Notes: generated by a model from the letters alone, not told the origin. DNA of 64,000 nucleotides from Phoronis australis (GCA_002633005.1 NMRA01000072.1:671957-735956); one strand, 5' to 3'. Counted from the stretch's first letter, positions 22,299-36,757 are shown. A program made the numbers and translations.

Positions 22299-25200
22299 AC
22301 AGGTTTTTAGTGATGCATATAAATACAATGGACTTTAGTATTCAATCCTGGTGATTAACTGGATGGAAAAAATTATAAATCACAACTTCTGGAACTTAGT
22401 ACAAATTAATTTTCTGGACGTTTAAGATCGAGCTGTTTCTTTCTATTGGAGATTGATGATTTACTGGCACCCGCAAAAATTCCGTCGCCCTCTTTTGGTA
22501 TAAATAGACAAACTGTATAACACTTGTTCTTTAGAAAAAGAACCAGCCGGGCAGTTTATATATCTGGTCCATTGAGATATCTAAAACTATAAACTGAATG
22601 ACCTTCCAATTTGGACGCCTATCATTACAAAATTTGTCCTAATAATTATGGCAGATGGCCGAAATTTCTCCTACTCCATCACTCTGTTGTGATTTTTTTC
22701 TTTGGATGATTCCATAGGTAACATTTTTTGTCTGACCAACATGAAGTTTACACTCAATATACCTCGTTAAAATCTCAAGGCATAATGTTTTGGGGCAAAA
22801 ATATATCACAGTCAAATAGTTTGAGGCCCATTCTTTTGGGGCGAAATTGGACCCAGTTTGGCATTGTGATGGAATTTTTTTGATAATTACTTGCAGTGCT
22901 CCCCGATGTACTTTGACGTAGTCTGAAATTTTGCATGTGGATAAATATGGTCAAGGGCTATCTGGAATGTGTCGTCCTCGTGTTAATCCAGATTTTCTGA
23001 ATGCTGTTTCACTGATTGGTTTCTCTTGCCAGATCTCCGACATCCCCTGACTGATCTCTCTGAAATCATCTGTTTTGGCAGTGGTTTCATGTCAGCAACA
23101 TCATCAGTGTTTGAGAGTTTGTGATTGTTGTGGGTGTGTCGTTATTGTCACCGGTGTTGGAGGCAGCATCGTTATCTTCGTTGATGCTCTTGCGGGGTTA
23201 CTAGCAGCACTGTCGGTGTTGTTGACAGTGCTCATGGTGATGTCATGGTCTCGAAGGTCACACTCTGCATCGTCAATGGTGACGTGAGTGTTTTTGTCTG
23301 AGTGGCTACATGTTGTTTATATAGTCTCTTGTTTAGTGGCAAAGTCTGGGTTCGTCAGAGCTTTTATTTGTTCCTTACTTGGAGTAGAAGTGATTTCTGG
23401 CATTGAGCAGCACTGACAGGTTAATATTGCTTCAGACTAGGCTCTCCAAAATTGAGGCTCTGGTGTGAATTATGCATGATCTGCCACTTCTTTCTAACCG
23501 TAGAAATCACTTCTCATCTGAGCGAGGAACAAGTGAAAATCTGTTTCAATCATAACAGTAAGCGGTCTGAATCAGTTTTTGATGGAAGTTGTGTTTATAC
23601 AGTCATTTGACCCTTTGGAATCTCTACGTATAGCAATAGTTTGTTGTAAGCAAAGGGACTTAAAATATCATCAGTTTGTGCTTGGAAGTATATACCGCAT
23701 GATGTCGCTGCTGATGCTACAAACAGGATATGTTGTAACTAGATTTGACTCTAGCAGCTCCATTGTAAGCAACATCCCAGTCCCTCAGCAGAAGTGCAAT
23801 GATACAGTAATAGTTTCCAGGCTTTATCTTTATGTCAGCAAGGGTGATAATTATGTTAGAGGTTGTATTGTATTGTATAGTGGCAAGGCAGTAGACTGCT
23901 GTAGAACGTTGAAGTTTATATTTGTATATCAGGATGAAAATATACCTGTACTGGCTTATAATGTATACCTTGTGTACTATAAATAAACACTGTGTACTAT
24001 ATTAGTTTGTAAACACAACTGTGAAAAGCATTTATGTTCCCACATGTTCGTATGTGGATGCATCTCTGTCTGGGCAGCCAGGTGCCTGGCCTCTGTTGCT
24101 GTATCTCTTAAAGCCCATGTAGAATCTCAATGAGATTTAGCTTATGTGTTCTTACGCAGCTGACAACGAATTTTGGACTGATCAACTACCACTGTGCCCC
24201 CAAGTTTGGTAAAGTCCCTCGAGCAATTCTAGATTTTCCTGAATTTTGACAAGTATGTTTCTATGAAAGGGGTACCAAATCCAGTTTGGCCTATTAACAA
24301 ATAGTACAACTGATGTCCCAGTCTAAATCTCTGAATCAATGTAATGCTCTGTGACCATGACAACCCTCAAATGTTTTCAGTAAAATTTGAAAAATCCTTC
24401 CAAAGTCTGCTTAAGTGCAACCCTGACCTTCGTTTTAGGCAAGTTGCAAGACTTCTGTAGGGAAAGACCACTCACCAAGAACATAATATATCCTATCTGA
24501 AACAAAGAAAGTAGGAGTTTTTATTTGAAGCCTATTTTTATCACTCAATTGGGACGCCAGTGGTGCATTTTCAAGATAACCCATGTAATGAGTAATTTAG
24601 GGATGGATGGCCAAAGAGAATGAAAATAAACACTATCATAAAAAACTGTCTGGGAATAAAAATTCCTGAAATTAAAAACAAATCGTGACCGTGAATTCCC
24701 AGGAACCTAGGACCAATATATTACTCCAGCCAGGAACATGTTGGTTTGTCAGTCCTGACTGTAATTATCATGCGCAAGTCAGTGCTAGCAAGTGGTTTAC
24801 CTGTTGCTGGGAATGGAAACAATTAAGTTTTTAAAGGGTGTTAGTAGTCCGATCTTTAAATCAAGTTATGATTTAAAGTTGTCGTCCCTTGAAAATTGAT
24901 TGATTGGAGAACTTTATTCCTCGACAGTTTTTATGAATTAGGTGTCATTTTTTGGGAAGGCCCTTTTGGACTTGGCAAGGGTTTATTCCACCTATTTGCT
25001 GGAAATTGATCACGTGACAAAATAGCTAAAGTAAACAATAAATGGCAGCACCTGCCGATAAGTAATGTCATCCACTATTTGTAAATCTGAAATTTGCTCA
25101 ACTCGCATTAGTGATACGTAATGCTACTCAGGGAGTTCCAGCTCATGCATTTCGATTTTTTACACTTCCTTACGACTCACTCAATTGCCAGTTTTTTTTC

Positions 25201-26099
25201 AGTCCGCAGCATTTCACGATCTCGAGCTTGTACGACTGTCGTCACTATTCCACACTTGAATGCAACCTGAGCCTTAGGCAGGTCGCAAATAACGACCTGT
25301 CGAATTCCCTAGCGTCGTTGGGCTGGATTTAATTACTTATAAATATTTGCCTTGTTACAACCATGAAATCTCTCAACACAAATGTCAGTAACGCAATAAT
25401 GTTCCCGGATACCTTTTGTTTTTTCTCTGTTTATAATATATGATTCACTATATAAACCCGGATCTAGTTTCTTAAATAATGTTAAAACTTTATAAAAACT
25501 GATGACTGGTAATGTCCAAACAAGATAACACAGTTGGTTCCGATCCGTGTTTTAATTATTCAGGTGATGCGGTACTTGTACTTGAAAAAGAAAAATGACC
25601 CCAATGAGACTCGTGTTGTTGAATGATGGCCTTTGATAGCCGTGTGAAGTTTATGGAGTGGTATAATATAAGTAGAAATGTATAGAAATATTCAGTTTAG
25701 TTGTTATTTAATGTTGTTGAATTAACAAGTTATTGGCTTGAATGTCCCTATCTCCGTCTATTTGTCCGGGGGCGGCGTTTATATAGGCGCTATGAGTATG
25801 CGCTGCATCGTCATTAGTTTTTAGATGGTCCGTTGACCGGAAACTGTCGCCGTAAAATTGCGCTCGTAGTTACAAGCGTAAATTTAAAGTGACAGTGTCG
25901 CCGTAACACTACTCCGTTATACTCAACGACGAAATGATGCGTAGTTACGAGCGTAATTTTATGAAGACACTTCCTCCCCCATCCGCCCATTCCTAGTAAG
26001 ATGCATTTTGCATTGACAAACGATCATAACAGTGTCGGGATCTGAGCTCTCGTGGAATAGAATACTGACTGTTTCGTGATTCATTCTTTCAATTTATAT

Positions 26100-26930
26100 T
26101 TTTATTATGTTTAATTATTATAGTGACATAAGGGCTTACTCAGTCGCCTACTAATAATTAAATCATTACATAACATATTGCACAAGCTCAAATATGACCA
26201 CTTCAGACTGGTTTATAAACAAACAATTACTTCTAACCTGGAAAGCGTCTTGAATGAATTTCGCTAGACCTTTCAAGTTATTTTGAAATATTTGAGGTAG
26301 GGCAGAATCCCGTATAAAGTATGGTCGAATGTGAGTACATTTTTCACAATCAAAAATGAAATGAACTTCATCTTCAATTCCGTTTTTACAAACACGACAA
26401 ACCCGTTCATTCACAGGAATTCCGAAGTACCGCCTCACCTCAACATCTAATGGTAGAATACCTGCTCTCAATCGAGCTATGACGGACCTCTGAGACACCA
26501 GCAGACGTAAATACTCTTCTACACAATAGTCATTCTTAACCAATCTATTAAGTACAGTTTTGGTTTCTCAGTGATTATCTTTAACCAGTTTAACTCATCT
26601 AACTGGAACCTGAATGTTTTGAAGTTTTCGAGAGACACAATTTGCTTGTTCCTGAAATTTTCTAAAAAGTCGCACTTTTCCGTAATTTAAATATTGAACT
26701 TGATCAGTTACAGGAGTTCCGATGTTTAAGATCCCATAAAAAGACTTTGCAATTCTGCTTTCATCCATTAGAGCTAAACGATTCCAAAGCCTTAGCATGT
26801 TTTTATATTGTTTGTAGTGTGAATTTAGCCAACCCGAGTCGCCATAAAGTACTGCATTGGCAGCATACTTGTGGACCCCTAAAAATATACGTTGTAAGAT
26901 TGCAAATGACTATCAGGATTTTTGTGCAGT
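26100..26930 (-). mobile_element. 3' fragment of a non-LTR retrotransposon ORF2 (RTE-X/CR1-like C-terminal zinc knuckle)
   Basis: IARLRAGILPLDVE..RY..ERVCRVCKNGIEDEVHFIFDC, with upstream frameshifted LRLWNRL..MDESRIAK and an A/TAA-rich 3' end. Confidence 0.8.
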
Positions 26931-27179
26931 AGCTGCTCGATCAGGGGTGATAGAGATGTCACGTCATTCTGTCGTTTAAGAGGAAAAGCTCGAAGAGTTG
27001 TCTCCGAATAGGGCAGTCGAACCACTTTTTTAAGTTTTGAAGAAATTGTTCAATATAATGAGAAAGATAATGCATCCCACATAACAAAAATAAAAAATGT
27101 AGTACAAAGTTATTGCAAACTTGTCGGCGAAATTTACTGAGGTATTATCCAACAAAAACGGCAATAAAAAAACCCGAGG

Positions 27180-27929
27180 AACGTGTCAAACAGGAAAAAC
27201 GTACCACAGACTTGAAGTCACGACCTGGCGGATAGAGCGTGCGTGCTTTACCACTACACCACCACGATCTAACTACTAATTATGTGCTAAGAGACCTACT
27301 TGTTTATGGTCCACAGCGTTTGCGCGCGAAACCTACTTCTTTTTGTAATGCTTATTACACGTTTTATATTTTGTGCAATCGGTTCTTAACAAATTTGTTG
27401 TATTTAAAATAGCCTTCAAATGCCCAAAAGACTAAATCCGTGGTGTTGGCAATAATGACGGAATTGCTTTGGAAATCGTCTTAAGTTAAGGTTTGACAAA
27501 GAGAGGATTATGAGTTTCTGAGTGATTCACCAAGGCTTCGATTAAAATTCACATCTTACCAGCAGTTTCTGTTTTTTCATCGTCACTCAGGTTCCATTTG
27601 CTTTAAAAAATGAAGTAAATTTCCTTCATTGCACAGTGGAGCAGACGACGGAAACGGAGTCGTAGTGCGCAGCGCCATTGCTGGTCGCCTTGGATATCGC
27701 GGGAGAGCTTATACTTAGCCATAGTTCCGTAATGCGCCGTGTTCCGAATATGACGCTTGAAATTGGATCTGAGCCCCCCCCCNNNNNNNNNNNNNNNNNN
27801 NNNNNNNTCATCCGTCTAATTTTAATTACCGGGGTTAATTAATAAACTCAACACTTCCCTACGCTCTTGCTGTTTTATTTTTGCGGCAGCAAAGGGGGGG
27901 GGCCTGGGCCCCCCCTTAATCCGCCTATG
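27180..27929 (-). mobile_element. hAT-like MITE copy (truncated), inverted relative to 29964-30745
   Basis: Reverse complement of 29964-30745. Terminus ..ccttaatccgcctatg with G/C homopolymer subtermini. Confidence 0.7.
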
Positions 27930-28413
27930 TTTATAAAATTATTTTCACTAATGTTTTTCACAGAAATTAGTGAGACATATCTTTACCTACTATTCTGTAC
28001 CATTCAACAGTTTTCATCCGAATATAGTTACGCAGGTGTTGCTAATTATTGAGTGGTCAAGAGCTCACAAATTCCGGCTGTGACAACGTGGCGACCATAG
28101 ACATATATGTGATGTTTATGATGGCTTTTGCTGAACCGAAATAGGCCTACATGTTCAACCACTGACTACTTTGTAATCGGTGAAGCTTTAACTGTGATAC
28201 ATTTTGATAAACGCTGTTATACAAAAGCAACAACGTATCAATTGCACGTTTTGTGCTAAAATATAAAGAATATTTTCGCTGTGAATTGCCCATGCAGACG
28301 AAATTTTTTTGTTTCCCAAGAAAAAGTCATCGTCCGGAATTCCAGAAATTTGACATTATTTTCATATAAAAACAATCTTCACAGCCCTTCATTGGGCCTA
28401 TCCTATTGCCGCG

Positions 28414-29414
28414 ATGAGGCAACCTTTTTTCACGTCATTTTTAACAAAAATAAGGTTCGTTGATTATCCCAGACATATTTTTCTTTTAATTACAGCTTTT
28501 TGTAATTTAAACAATTACTCGTTCTTTACTCCGGAAGTGACGTTTTGGGAGGCAAGTATTTCGCGCCAATTCCTCTTCATATAGTCTGGTCGTGAGAGCT
28601 GCCGAGTCGGTCATTGTTCTACCTCTGTTGTGATTAGTTCGGTCGTCGTTTGCTTTTGTGTACTCATTGTCGTCTCACTGACCGAGAAACAATTGTCCCA
28701 CTTGTCCGAGTGTCCCGCGACACACTCCCACTGGATCGGTGACCTGGCGTGCGTTCAGTAGACGCTAGGACCTACGCTAGGACCTAGCTAAAGCCTAGTC
28801 AAAGTCACATGATCTCGTTTGAAATGCACGGCAGTATCTCACGTAATCTCGCGAAGTCTTGCTTGTTAGCGAGGTCCTAGTGTTACTGAACGGGAGGCTG
28901 AGCACACAAAGTGCTTACATCTCGCCGCGTGACCCCCTTGCCTCACATGGCACCTTCTAAGTAGCTCCAATACTTTAGACAAGTTCTTTATAAACTTATC
29001 AAAGTTTTGCTCACCGATCTATTCATTGGATGACGAACTGTCCTCTTCACGGGTGTCGAACGGGGCCTGTATTCACTCCTTTTACTCAACATCGCAGCAG
29101 GGCTGCTTTCATACTCTGGGCGATAATGAGTGCATCACGCTACGCAGCAACAGTGTGGCATGTTAACCGACTTGAAAGCAAAAGCAAACGACGACCGAAC
29201 TTATCACAGCCGAGGTACATGTATAACAATGACTAACTCGACAGCTCTCACAGTCACACTATATGAAAAAAACTGGCGCGAAATTCTTGCCTCCCAAAAC
29301 TTCACTTCCGGAGTAAAGGACGAATTATTAATTAAATTAAGTGAAAATATGTCTGGGATAATCAAAGAACCTTATTTTTTTGTTAAAATGACATGAAAAA
29401 GGTTGACCTTCCCG
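28414..29414 (-). mobile_element. Kolobok-like non-autonomous element (same family as 51388-52701, opposite orientation)
   Basis: Long TIRs matching 51388-52701, right end followed by TTAA, internal segment is the reverse complement of 52110-52400. Confidence 0.8.
28747..28897. mobile_element. 151-bp PIF/Harbinger-like MITE
   Basis: TIR cores CGTTCAGTA / TACTGAACG and CTG target duplication. The empty site is visible at about 52316-52333 (reverse complement). Confidence 0.8.
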
Positions 29415-29963
29415 TTAAAGATATTCTAAAATGCACTTGGAATTCTCGTTGGGAAAATCTCTCGCTTCACTTGCTTGTCTCGTATTGTGGTGAGGGTCTC
29501 AAATTCGGAGTGCCATCACACCTGATAGTCTACCGTCAATATCCTTCTTGTCAGTCGGGTGTTTGTCGAAAGACTGTGAGAGCATGCGCGCATTTATCAC
29601 GAGTGGGAGGACGATTAGAAAGATTGTGGAGACCACATAGTTTTTCTTTCGCGCGCATTTCAAAAATCGTGAATTTTGTAATTTTTCGTGGAAATTCCCT
29701 CAGAGTGGAAAGTGCTGCGTTTCGAGATGGTACTTCCGACAGGAATTGTTGAAAATGTATTTTGACGTGCTTTTACGTTCCATGCCTTTTTAACGTTGAC
29801 AGACTGCGTGCAGGGTATGAAAACTCCCTCGGAAAGTACTACCAAAATAAAGTAAAACGCCACCAGCACAACCAAACGGCGCTGCTGGTTGAGTAAATCC
29901 CCGTCCCTAAATTTCTAGTTCCTCTCCGAAATATCGATGCGTCTTGTTGAAAGAGCATAGAAA

Positions 29964-30822
29964 ATAGGCGGATTTAGGGGCTGACCGCCCCCCCCCCCTT
30001 GGCTGCAGCAAAAAAAAATAAAACAGCAAGAGCGTAGGGAAATGTTGAGTTAATTGATTAACTCCGGTAATTAAAGTTATACGGATGAAACAAGATTTAA
30101 ATGTGTGCAGTTTTAGTGTTGGGGGGGGGCTCAGATCCAATTTCAAGTTTCAAATTCGGAACACGGCGCATTCGTAACGGAACTATGGCTAAGTATAGGC
30201 TCTCCCGCGATATCCCAGGCGACCGGCAGTGGCGCTACGCACTACAACTCAGTTTCCGTCGTAAGCTCCACTGTGCAATGAAGAAAATTTACTTAATTTT
30301 TTAAAGGAAATGGAACCTGAGTGACGATGAAAAAACAGAAGCTGCTGGTAAGATGTGAATTTTAATCGAAGCCTTAGTGAATCACTCAGAAACTCGCAAT
30401 ACTCTCTTTGTCAAACCTTATCTTAAGAGTGACGATTTCCAAAGCAATCCCGTCATTATTGCCAACACGAAAAACGGATTTGGTCTTTTGGGCATTTGAA
30501 GACTATTTTAAATACGACAAATTTGTTAAGAATTGATGGCACAAAATATAAAACGTGTAATAAGCATTACAAAAAGAAGTAGGTTTCGCGCAAACGCTGT
30601 GGACCATAAATAAGTAGGTCTTTTAGAACGTTATTTGTGGTTGTTAAGTTGTGGTGGTGTAGTGGTAACGCACATGCGCTATATCCTAAAGGTCGTGAGT
30701 TCGATGCTTAGATTCTTGCAATTTTGTCTGTTCGACACGTTCTCCGTTTTCTTTTTTTTTTNATGCTTACAGCCGGACAAAAAGTTGCCCCCCCCCCTTG
30801 TGATATCCTAGATCCGCCACTG
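29964..30822 (+). mobile_element. hAT-like MITE(s) joined across an assembly gap; carries a tRNA-like segment
   Basis: Starts TAGGCGGATTTAGGGG and ends CCTAGATCCGCCACTG (same end at 12250-12311). Gap n at 30762. Confidence 0.65.
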
Positions 30823-31100
30823 AAGTGGGATACGAGTCCTCTGAGAAGAATCCAAAAAGTCACACATGCTTCAGTGTTAGCTCGGTAAGACGGCAGATGA
30901 TTTAGGATAGATGATGGTAATTTTTCCTCATGGTACCTGTTTACTCGTGCTTGGAATAGTACAACTACTAAAATGAAGTGACGTCAAAATATGCCTACTG
31001 GTCGCCCTGCTTTGGATGACCGGTATACACAAAACTGTTTGACACCTCATGTTCTAGTCGGTAAAAAGGCCAATTTCTCGTCGCCAGTAGGCGATCAGCC

Positions 31101-32026
31101 TTTTTATGCGCCCGCATATTTATATGTGAACACATTATGCCGTCATCTCCGTCCCTCCGTCCGGCGTCCGCTGCTCTTTCTCCAAAACGCCCTGACATAT
31201 GTTCATGAAATTTTGCACGTGTTGCTTCTGTGGATGGGACTGCATAAGCGAACTTTTGGACGGACCCGACTACTGGTGTGCCCCCTAGTGGCAATTTTAG
31301 TTCTTTATGTTTACCTCTGTATCTTCAAAAGTCCTCAACGGATTTTCATAAAATTTGGTATACAGGCACCTATTAGTGAGATGACGCTGTCCTCCCGTTT
31401 TCGAATGGATTTGACGTAGTTTGCGCCACCTAGTGGCCATTTTTACTGTTCTCGAGTCTGTTTTTATTGCGTCCACCAATCTGTCAACCAAACCGCTCAA
31501 AGGATGATTGTGAAAATTGGCATGTATGTTCTTACTATAAAGTGGACGACTGACGATGATTTTCCGACGATTTTGACTACTGTGGCGCCTCCTAGTGGCA
31601 GTTTTTTAGCCTATGGCTGTATCTCCTAAACCGTTCCCAGGATTTTTACTAAATTAAGTAAGTGTATTTACATGGTGCTTACAACGGAGGACGACGATTT
31701 TCGGACAGATCTGACCACTGGTGTACCCCCTGGTGACAATTTTAGTTTTTTATGTTTACCTCTGTATTTTCAAAAGTCCTGAACGGATTTTCATAAAATT
31801 TGGTATATAGGCACTTTTTAGTGAGATGACGCTATCCTCCCGTTTTTGGATGGACTCGACGTAGTTTGGACCACCTAGTGGTCATTTTTACTGTTTTCGA
31901 GTCTATTTTTTGCGTCCACCCCTCTATCAACCAAATCATTCTAGGGATGGTTTTGAAAATTGGCGTATATGTTCTCAGTGTAAAGAGGACGTTTGATGAT
32001 GGCGACTGACTACTGTGGCGCCTCCT
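31101..32026 (+). mobile_element. HINE copy, 3'-truncated
   Basis: Same 5' end (tttttatgcgccc..), microsatellite and subunits as 942-2672. Confidence 0.8.
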
Positions 32027-32971
32027 GATAAATCATCAAACTTCGATTTACAACCGTTAAAAATAGACCGAGTTCTTATAAAAAACATGTTGTTTTATTT
32101 CTCTGTTACCGACTTATTGGTATTTGGACACACCGTAGCTTACAAAGTTCGGCACTAACTTGGGGTCTGTTCGGAGATAATTCGAAGTATTTTTCCGTGA
32201 GATACAGACAGGAAAACCTAGATCTGTGTTGTTTAGACTTGTAATTTTTTGAGTTCTAAACACACAAAACGCTTGTTATCCCGGCCAGGGGCTCGGAACC
32301 CGTCGCGGCCGCACTGACTCGTTATCCCGCGGTCAGTGGCTTGGAACCTGATCAGGCCCGTCGCGGCCAGACTGAAGACATCACGGACATAAATCAGCCA
32401 AAGTTGGAAACTAAACTTCCAGTCAAGAAAATACTATACTAGTGAGCCAAAGAAGTAATGGGCACCTGATTATGTTGGTGGATTATCCACGAAACTCAAC
32501 TGAAATCTACTTACTCATCAGCGGCCGCGAATTCAGGTCCGCTTTGGCCACAGAACCGTCAGGGCAGAAATTGTACATTGACAATCATTATTTGAATAAT
32601 GTAAATGTCAATAAAGATTCCCCTAACACCTGTCAGCAAACACTGAATTAGCATGAGCTCACACGGCCTCCAGTCGTGCCCGGTCAATTGGTTTTATTGC
32701 ACCTAAAGCCGGTAACGCAGTGATTTATTCATTGCTGGCTTCTCATTTGCACTCACGAACACTCCAAAGGCATGAAAAAATTGCATCTAATGAGGCAGAC
32801 TTTGTTGTTCAGGTTTATATAAGTATTGTTTAGGGTGAGAATAACTCATTTTGAAACAGAACGCTCTGTAGTAAACGTCAACATGGCAACTTGCAATCCC
32901 GACTTAGACAAGAGCTTATCCGACGGCTAGTCTTCGCAGGTGGATCGTTAAGTTTTAGTTCGAACCTGAAT

Positions 32972-33223
32972 CATGCGCCCAACCAGGGGGGGGGTTCAGG
33001 GGGCTCGAATCAGTCCCCCCCATTTTCGCGAAGGGGCAAAAAGGTCCGCCCCGAAAGACCAAAAAGTCCAACAAAATGGGACAAAAAATCCACCAAATAA
33101 GCCAAACGCGCATTTCACAGTGGTGCTCCCGTTTTTTTTTCGGTCCGCACGCTGTTTTGTTAGCAAAAGTACACCACGCCGGGAATTCGAGCCCCCCAAA
33201 ATTGAAGGCTGGGTGCGCGCATG
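32972..33223. mobile_element. MITE with CATGCGC..GCGCATG ends (relatives at about 34730-34935 and 59007-59253)
   Basis: Terminal inverted repeats and GGGGCTCGAA / TTCGAGCCCC subterminal motifs shared by the three copies. Confidence 0.65.
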
Positions 33224-34049
33224 GGAATACGTTGATGAAAAAATACTAGAGAGGCGCCGTGAACAAGCTCAGGCAACGTAACGTATGAATAGTTATTTGG
33301 TAACTTAAGTCGGTATTCGTCAGAGTCACTGTCGACGACTGCAGGCCACAGACACAGAGAAGTTTCACGGCCTCATACTTGCTATTTACAGAGTACTTTT
33401 CATTCTTCACTATCGCGAGCTACTTCCTAAGCATTTCGGACTCTCGAGAAAGTAGAAAAAACATATATCCGCTTTCCTCGCAGCTGCATATTTCAGACAA
33501 GCGGGATCGATGCACCGCAACATAGCAGCATTCACTCTGCAAATGAACCACTGACGTCGCTGCGTCGTTTCTCACGTTCCTCACAGGTTAACGCGACACC
33601 TCTCGGCAACGTAAGATCGACCGTATGCAAGGCGATGTGGGAATAGACCTATTAAGACGGTTAAAAAAACTCATTAAATCGGGTGGCATTCTCCTTAAAA
33701 CGATGAATTCAAGTGATAAGCCGACACCAGTAACCCGTGTTGTGAACTGCTGAACAGACTGCGTGTGAAACCAATGACGTCATTGTATAATTTCAACACC
33801 TAGGTCTGCCGTCAGGTGTGAGGTAACGCAACCGTACGTGCCGTTATTGAGTAGAACTACTCGATCTAAATTGATACAAATTAGGTTGGTTTTTTTGGGT
33901 GGCATGCTCCTTTAATGTGCTTTGTGCTCATACCACGTGTATCAATTTCACGTTTTAATGAAAAAATAATCTTCCTACTTTAGTTGTTGAGATATGGTGT
34001 TTTTTACTATATGAGATTTCTAGACAACTTATGACCGATTGTTTTACCG

Positions 34050-34520
34050 TTATTCTGTGGTGTGATCTTCTGCGTCGGCTTTCGGCTTCATGAAATATTG
34101 TGTCTCACCTATTGGGCAATTTCTTTTTCCCCAATTCTTCAATCAATTGTTCTTCTTCCACGAGGTTGCGTGCATGTCACAACAAATAATTCAAACCGAA
34201 TTCATTTCGCTACAAGTTTTTAGTATTTTAATACTGGAGCCGTGAACTGCCAAGAATGAGTCTGAATGCGTTAAATTCAGAAATTCGGATTCCAAATTAC
34301 GTTTTAATGATCGATGTGGACTTGAAGAACATTTTTGAGGGCAAGAACGATGAATTTGGTGACGTTGCTGGTCTTTTGAGTGAATAATTCTCGTGGTCCA
34401 TTTCAATATCCCGAAATTGATTGTGCCGGAAATAACTGATGTACTCTCGACAGGTAAATCGACGAACCCTATATTGCGGCCAATTGCAAAGATATTTAAA
34501 GGAATTAATCAACGATGGCA
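34050..34520 (-). mobile_element. Possible degenerate LINE (I/Nimb-like) ORF1 remnant
   Basis: Frameshifted minus-strand peptides MNSV*IICCD / RNLVEEEQLIEEL resemble the LN.SKGVI.C.DL..EEEI.EEL ORF1 motif (recalled, unverified). Confidence 0.35.
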
Positions 34521-36757
34521 TTCGAAAGTAGAAATAATATTTTTGTTTTTCATTTTTGAGAATCTTTTTTGGAGAAACTATTGAATAATTTGAAATTGAC
34601 TAAATATACACCGAGACAACAACGTGTTGAGAAAGTTACAAGTTGGACGAGTTTTACCAATAAAAATCAAATAACAAGGTAAGTTACGTTACAATCTTAA
34701 ACAAACAAATGCAGGAAACAACTGGAAAGCATGCGCGCACCCAGGCTAAAAATGAGGGGCTCAAATTTTTGAGCATGTGGACCTTTTACTAAGATTCACG
34801 GGGAATGTTCAGAGCGATGAATTGTGCCGGATTTTGATAGTTCCTGCCTTTTTAGTGGACTTTTGTCTCGATGTCTACTTTTTTGGAGTTTTTTTCTGAG
34901 GCGGGCCTTTTTGCCCGCTCCCTGTGTACGCACATAGAAAGTACTTGAAAATGCTTTAACTCAAAGTTTGAGGCTTCTGACATCGTCTCAGAAATTTTGA
35001 AACATTGTCCGGGTTTCCTGTTCGATCCCGGAATTCCTGCTTTGAATGTCGGTGTTGGTGTTTTAAAGGTGGGAGTTATTGTTTTTCGGGCTGGTTAGTT
35101 GTTTTGAAGGTGCAGGGGTCTATTTTCGATTCTGGGATGTCTGTTTTACACCGAGATCCCAATTTTGATGGAACACCTTGTAACGCTAAACGCATGCTCG
35201 TGGACTGGTCGATACTAATTAATGCTAGCGTGACAGGGAGCCTTGCACTTTCGAACGCTGACCGTCTATGATTTCATTTAGATCAATGAAAAGCAGGAAT
35301 TCAACAGAATTCAAACTATGGAGACGGATGCGTATTGAATTTTCAATTTTAGTTTTTCAAATCGGAAATACAATATCGAACAAATTTGGATTGATTTTCT
35401 ACTTTCATTTTGCTTATGGAAATTTAAATTAACGGAATACTCTTATGATTTTAAGGAACTCTGTTTCCGTGATATAAAATCAAGCAACAAAAAGCTATGA
35501 TTTGTTGGACAATTAACACTCGGGCATTCTGGAAATTAGCGGATCTCAACAGTGACAATGAAAGTTCCTCGGCGCAAATCACGGTGAAATGTTTGCTGTT
35601 TCATTGTTCAATGTAACAACCCTCTCGACAGAACGCATACCGAGAGATTTTTTTAGTAAAACGCCATTAGGCTTAACAAAGAAAGTATGACGATCTACTG
35701 AACGCAGATATACAAAATCATATGATGGTTTAATTGTACTGTTATAAATCAATGCGTTGACGTGGTGTACGTAAAATTATTACTCTTAGTGCACGAAGAC
35801 TAACGATTCTTATTATTGCTTATCGGTCATTTACTGTAACAATGTAGCCTACGTAACTCTGAAACTCAAAAGCTGAACGAAAAGCCAGAGTGACTATTAT
35901 AATTCGCTTAATTCGAAAATCATAAGCGAAATCTTGAAGGCTCTGGTCAGTGAATGAGATCAACCTCTGGTCGCACGTTGGGATATTTGGATTTTGGATT
36001 GATTTTATTTTTATTGATTATCAAATTTTAGCATTGCACATGGACACCTTGGTTATCCTGTGTGAATTAGTTAATAAGTTTTCGTCTACTTATAAGATCT
36101 CGTTGGTTCCCTGCGTGTTCGTTAGGGGGAAGGGGAACCAGCGAGAAAATAACATCAGCTGTATCAATTTTGTCGGGCTGGAATGAGAACTATGAAGTTG
36201 CCACGGGCTTATTTGCCGTTTTAAGACTTGCAGCAAATGTCAGCATTTGAAAAAAGTGGACATCGTCAGCATTACCACAGTAACTATGTCATATGAGGAT
36301 CGATCCATACATTTTCAGGAGCTGATTTTATTTTTACTTGAAATTTAGTTTGCTAGATTTTTGTGCGGGCGTACACCTGAAGAATTGTGGTGGGAACAGC
36401 TTTCCGTGTAACGCGTGGCAAAATAATCACATACAGTCACTTGAATTAATTAGCTAATCAACTCTTCCCATTGACATTTAGGTCCCTTCCGCCATCGGTG
36501 GTGCCAGCTTCACCTTAGATGATAATGCCTGGTAACAGTCTGATGTAAAACTAGGTGCAATACCCATTTATTGTCTCAAAATTTGCTTTCAGGCTATTGC
36601 GTGGGTGATTATTGAATAGGTAGGCCTAAGTTAGTATCGTGTCATGTACTTTTGGGATAATAGTCTCAAATTGTTCTAGCCCAGTGTTTATAAAACGCGC
36701 AACAGGAAGCAAATATTGGGTGAGCTGTTACAAAAAATCGTCGCAAGTGTCGAGTTA

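Noticed and set aside
23033-23050. Acceptor followed by ISDIP* as an alternative last DNA2 exon
   Set aside because: There is no compatible donor at 22262, and ILSIP already supplies the homologous residues in frame.
23040-23330. Thr/Asp-rich open stretch on the minus strand
   Set aside because: No splice signals, start or family motif could be tied to it.
30651-30720. Functional tRNA gene
   Set aside because: A and B boxes are present but the acceptor and anticodon stems do not pair well. The segment is embedded in a repeat with a diverged second copy.
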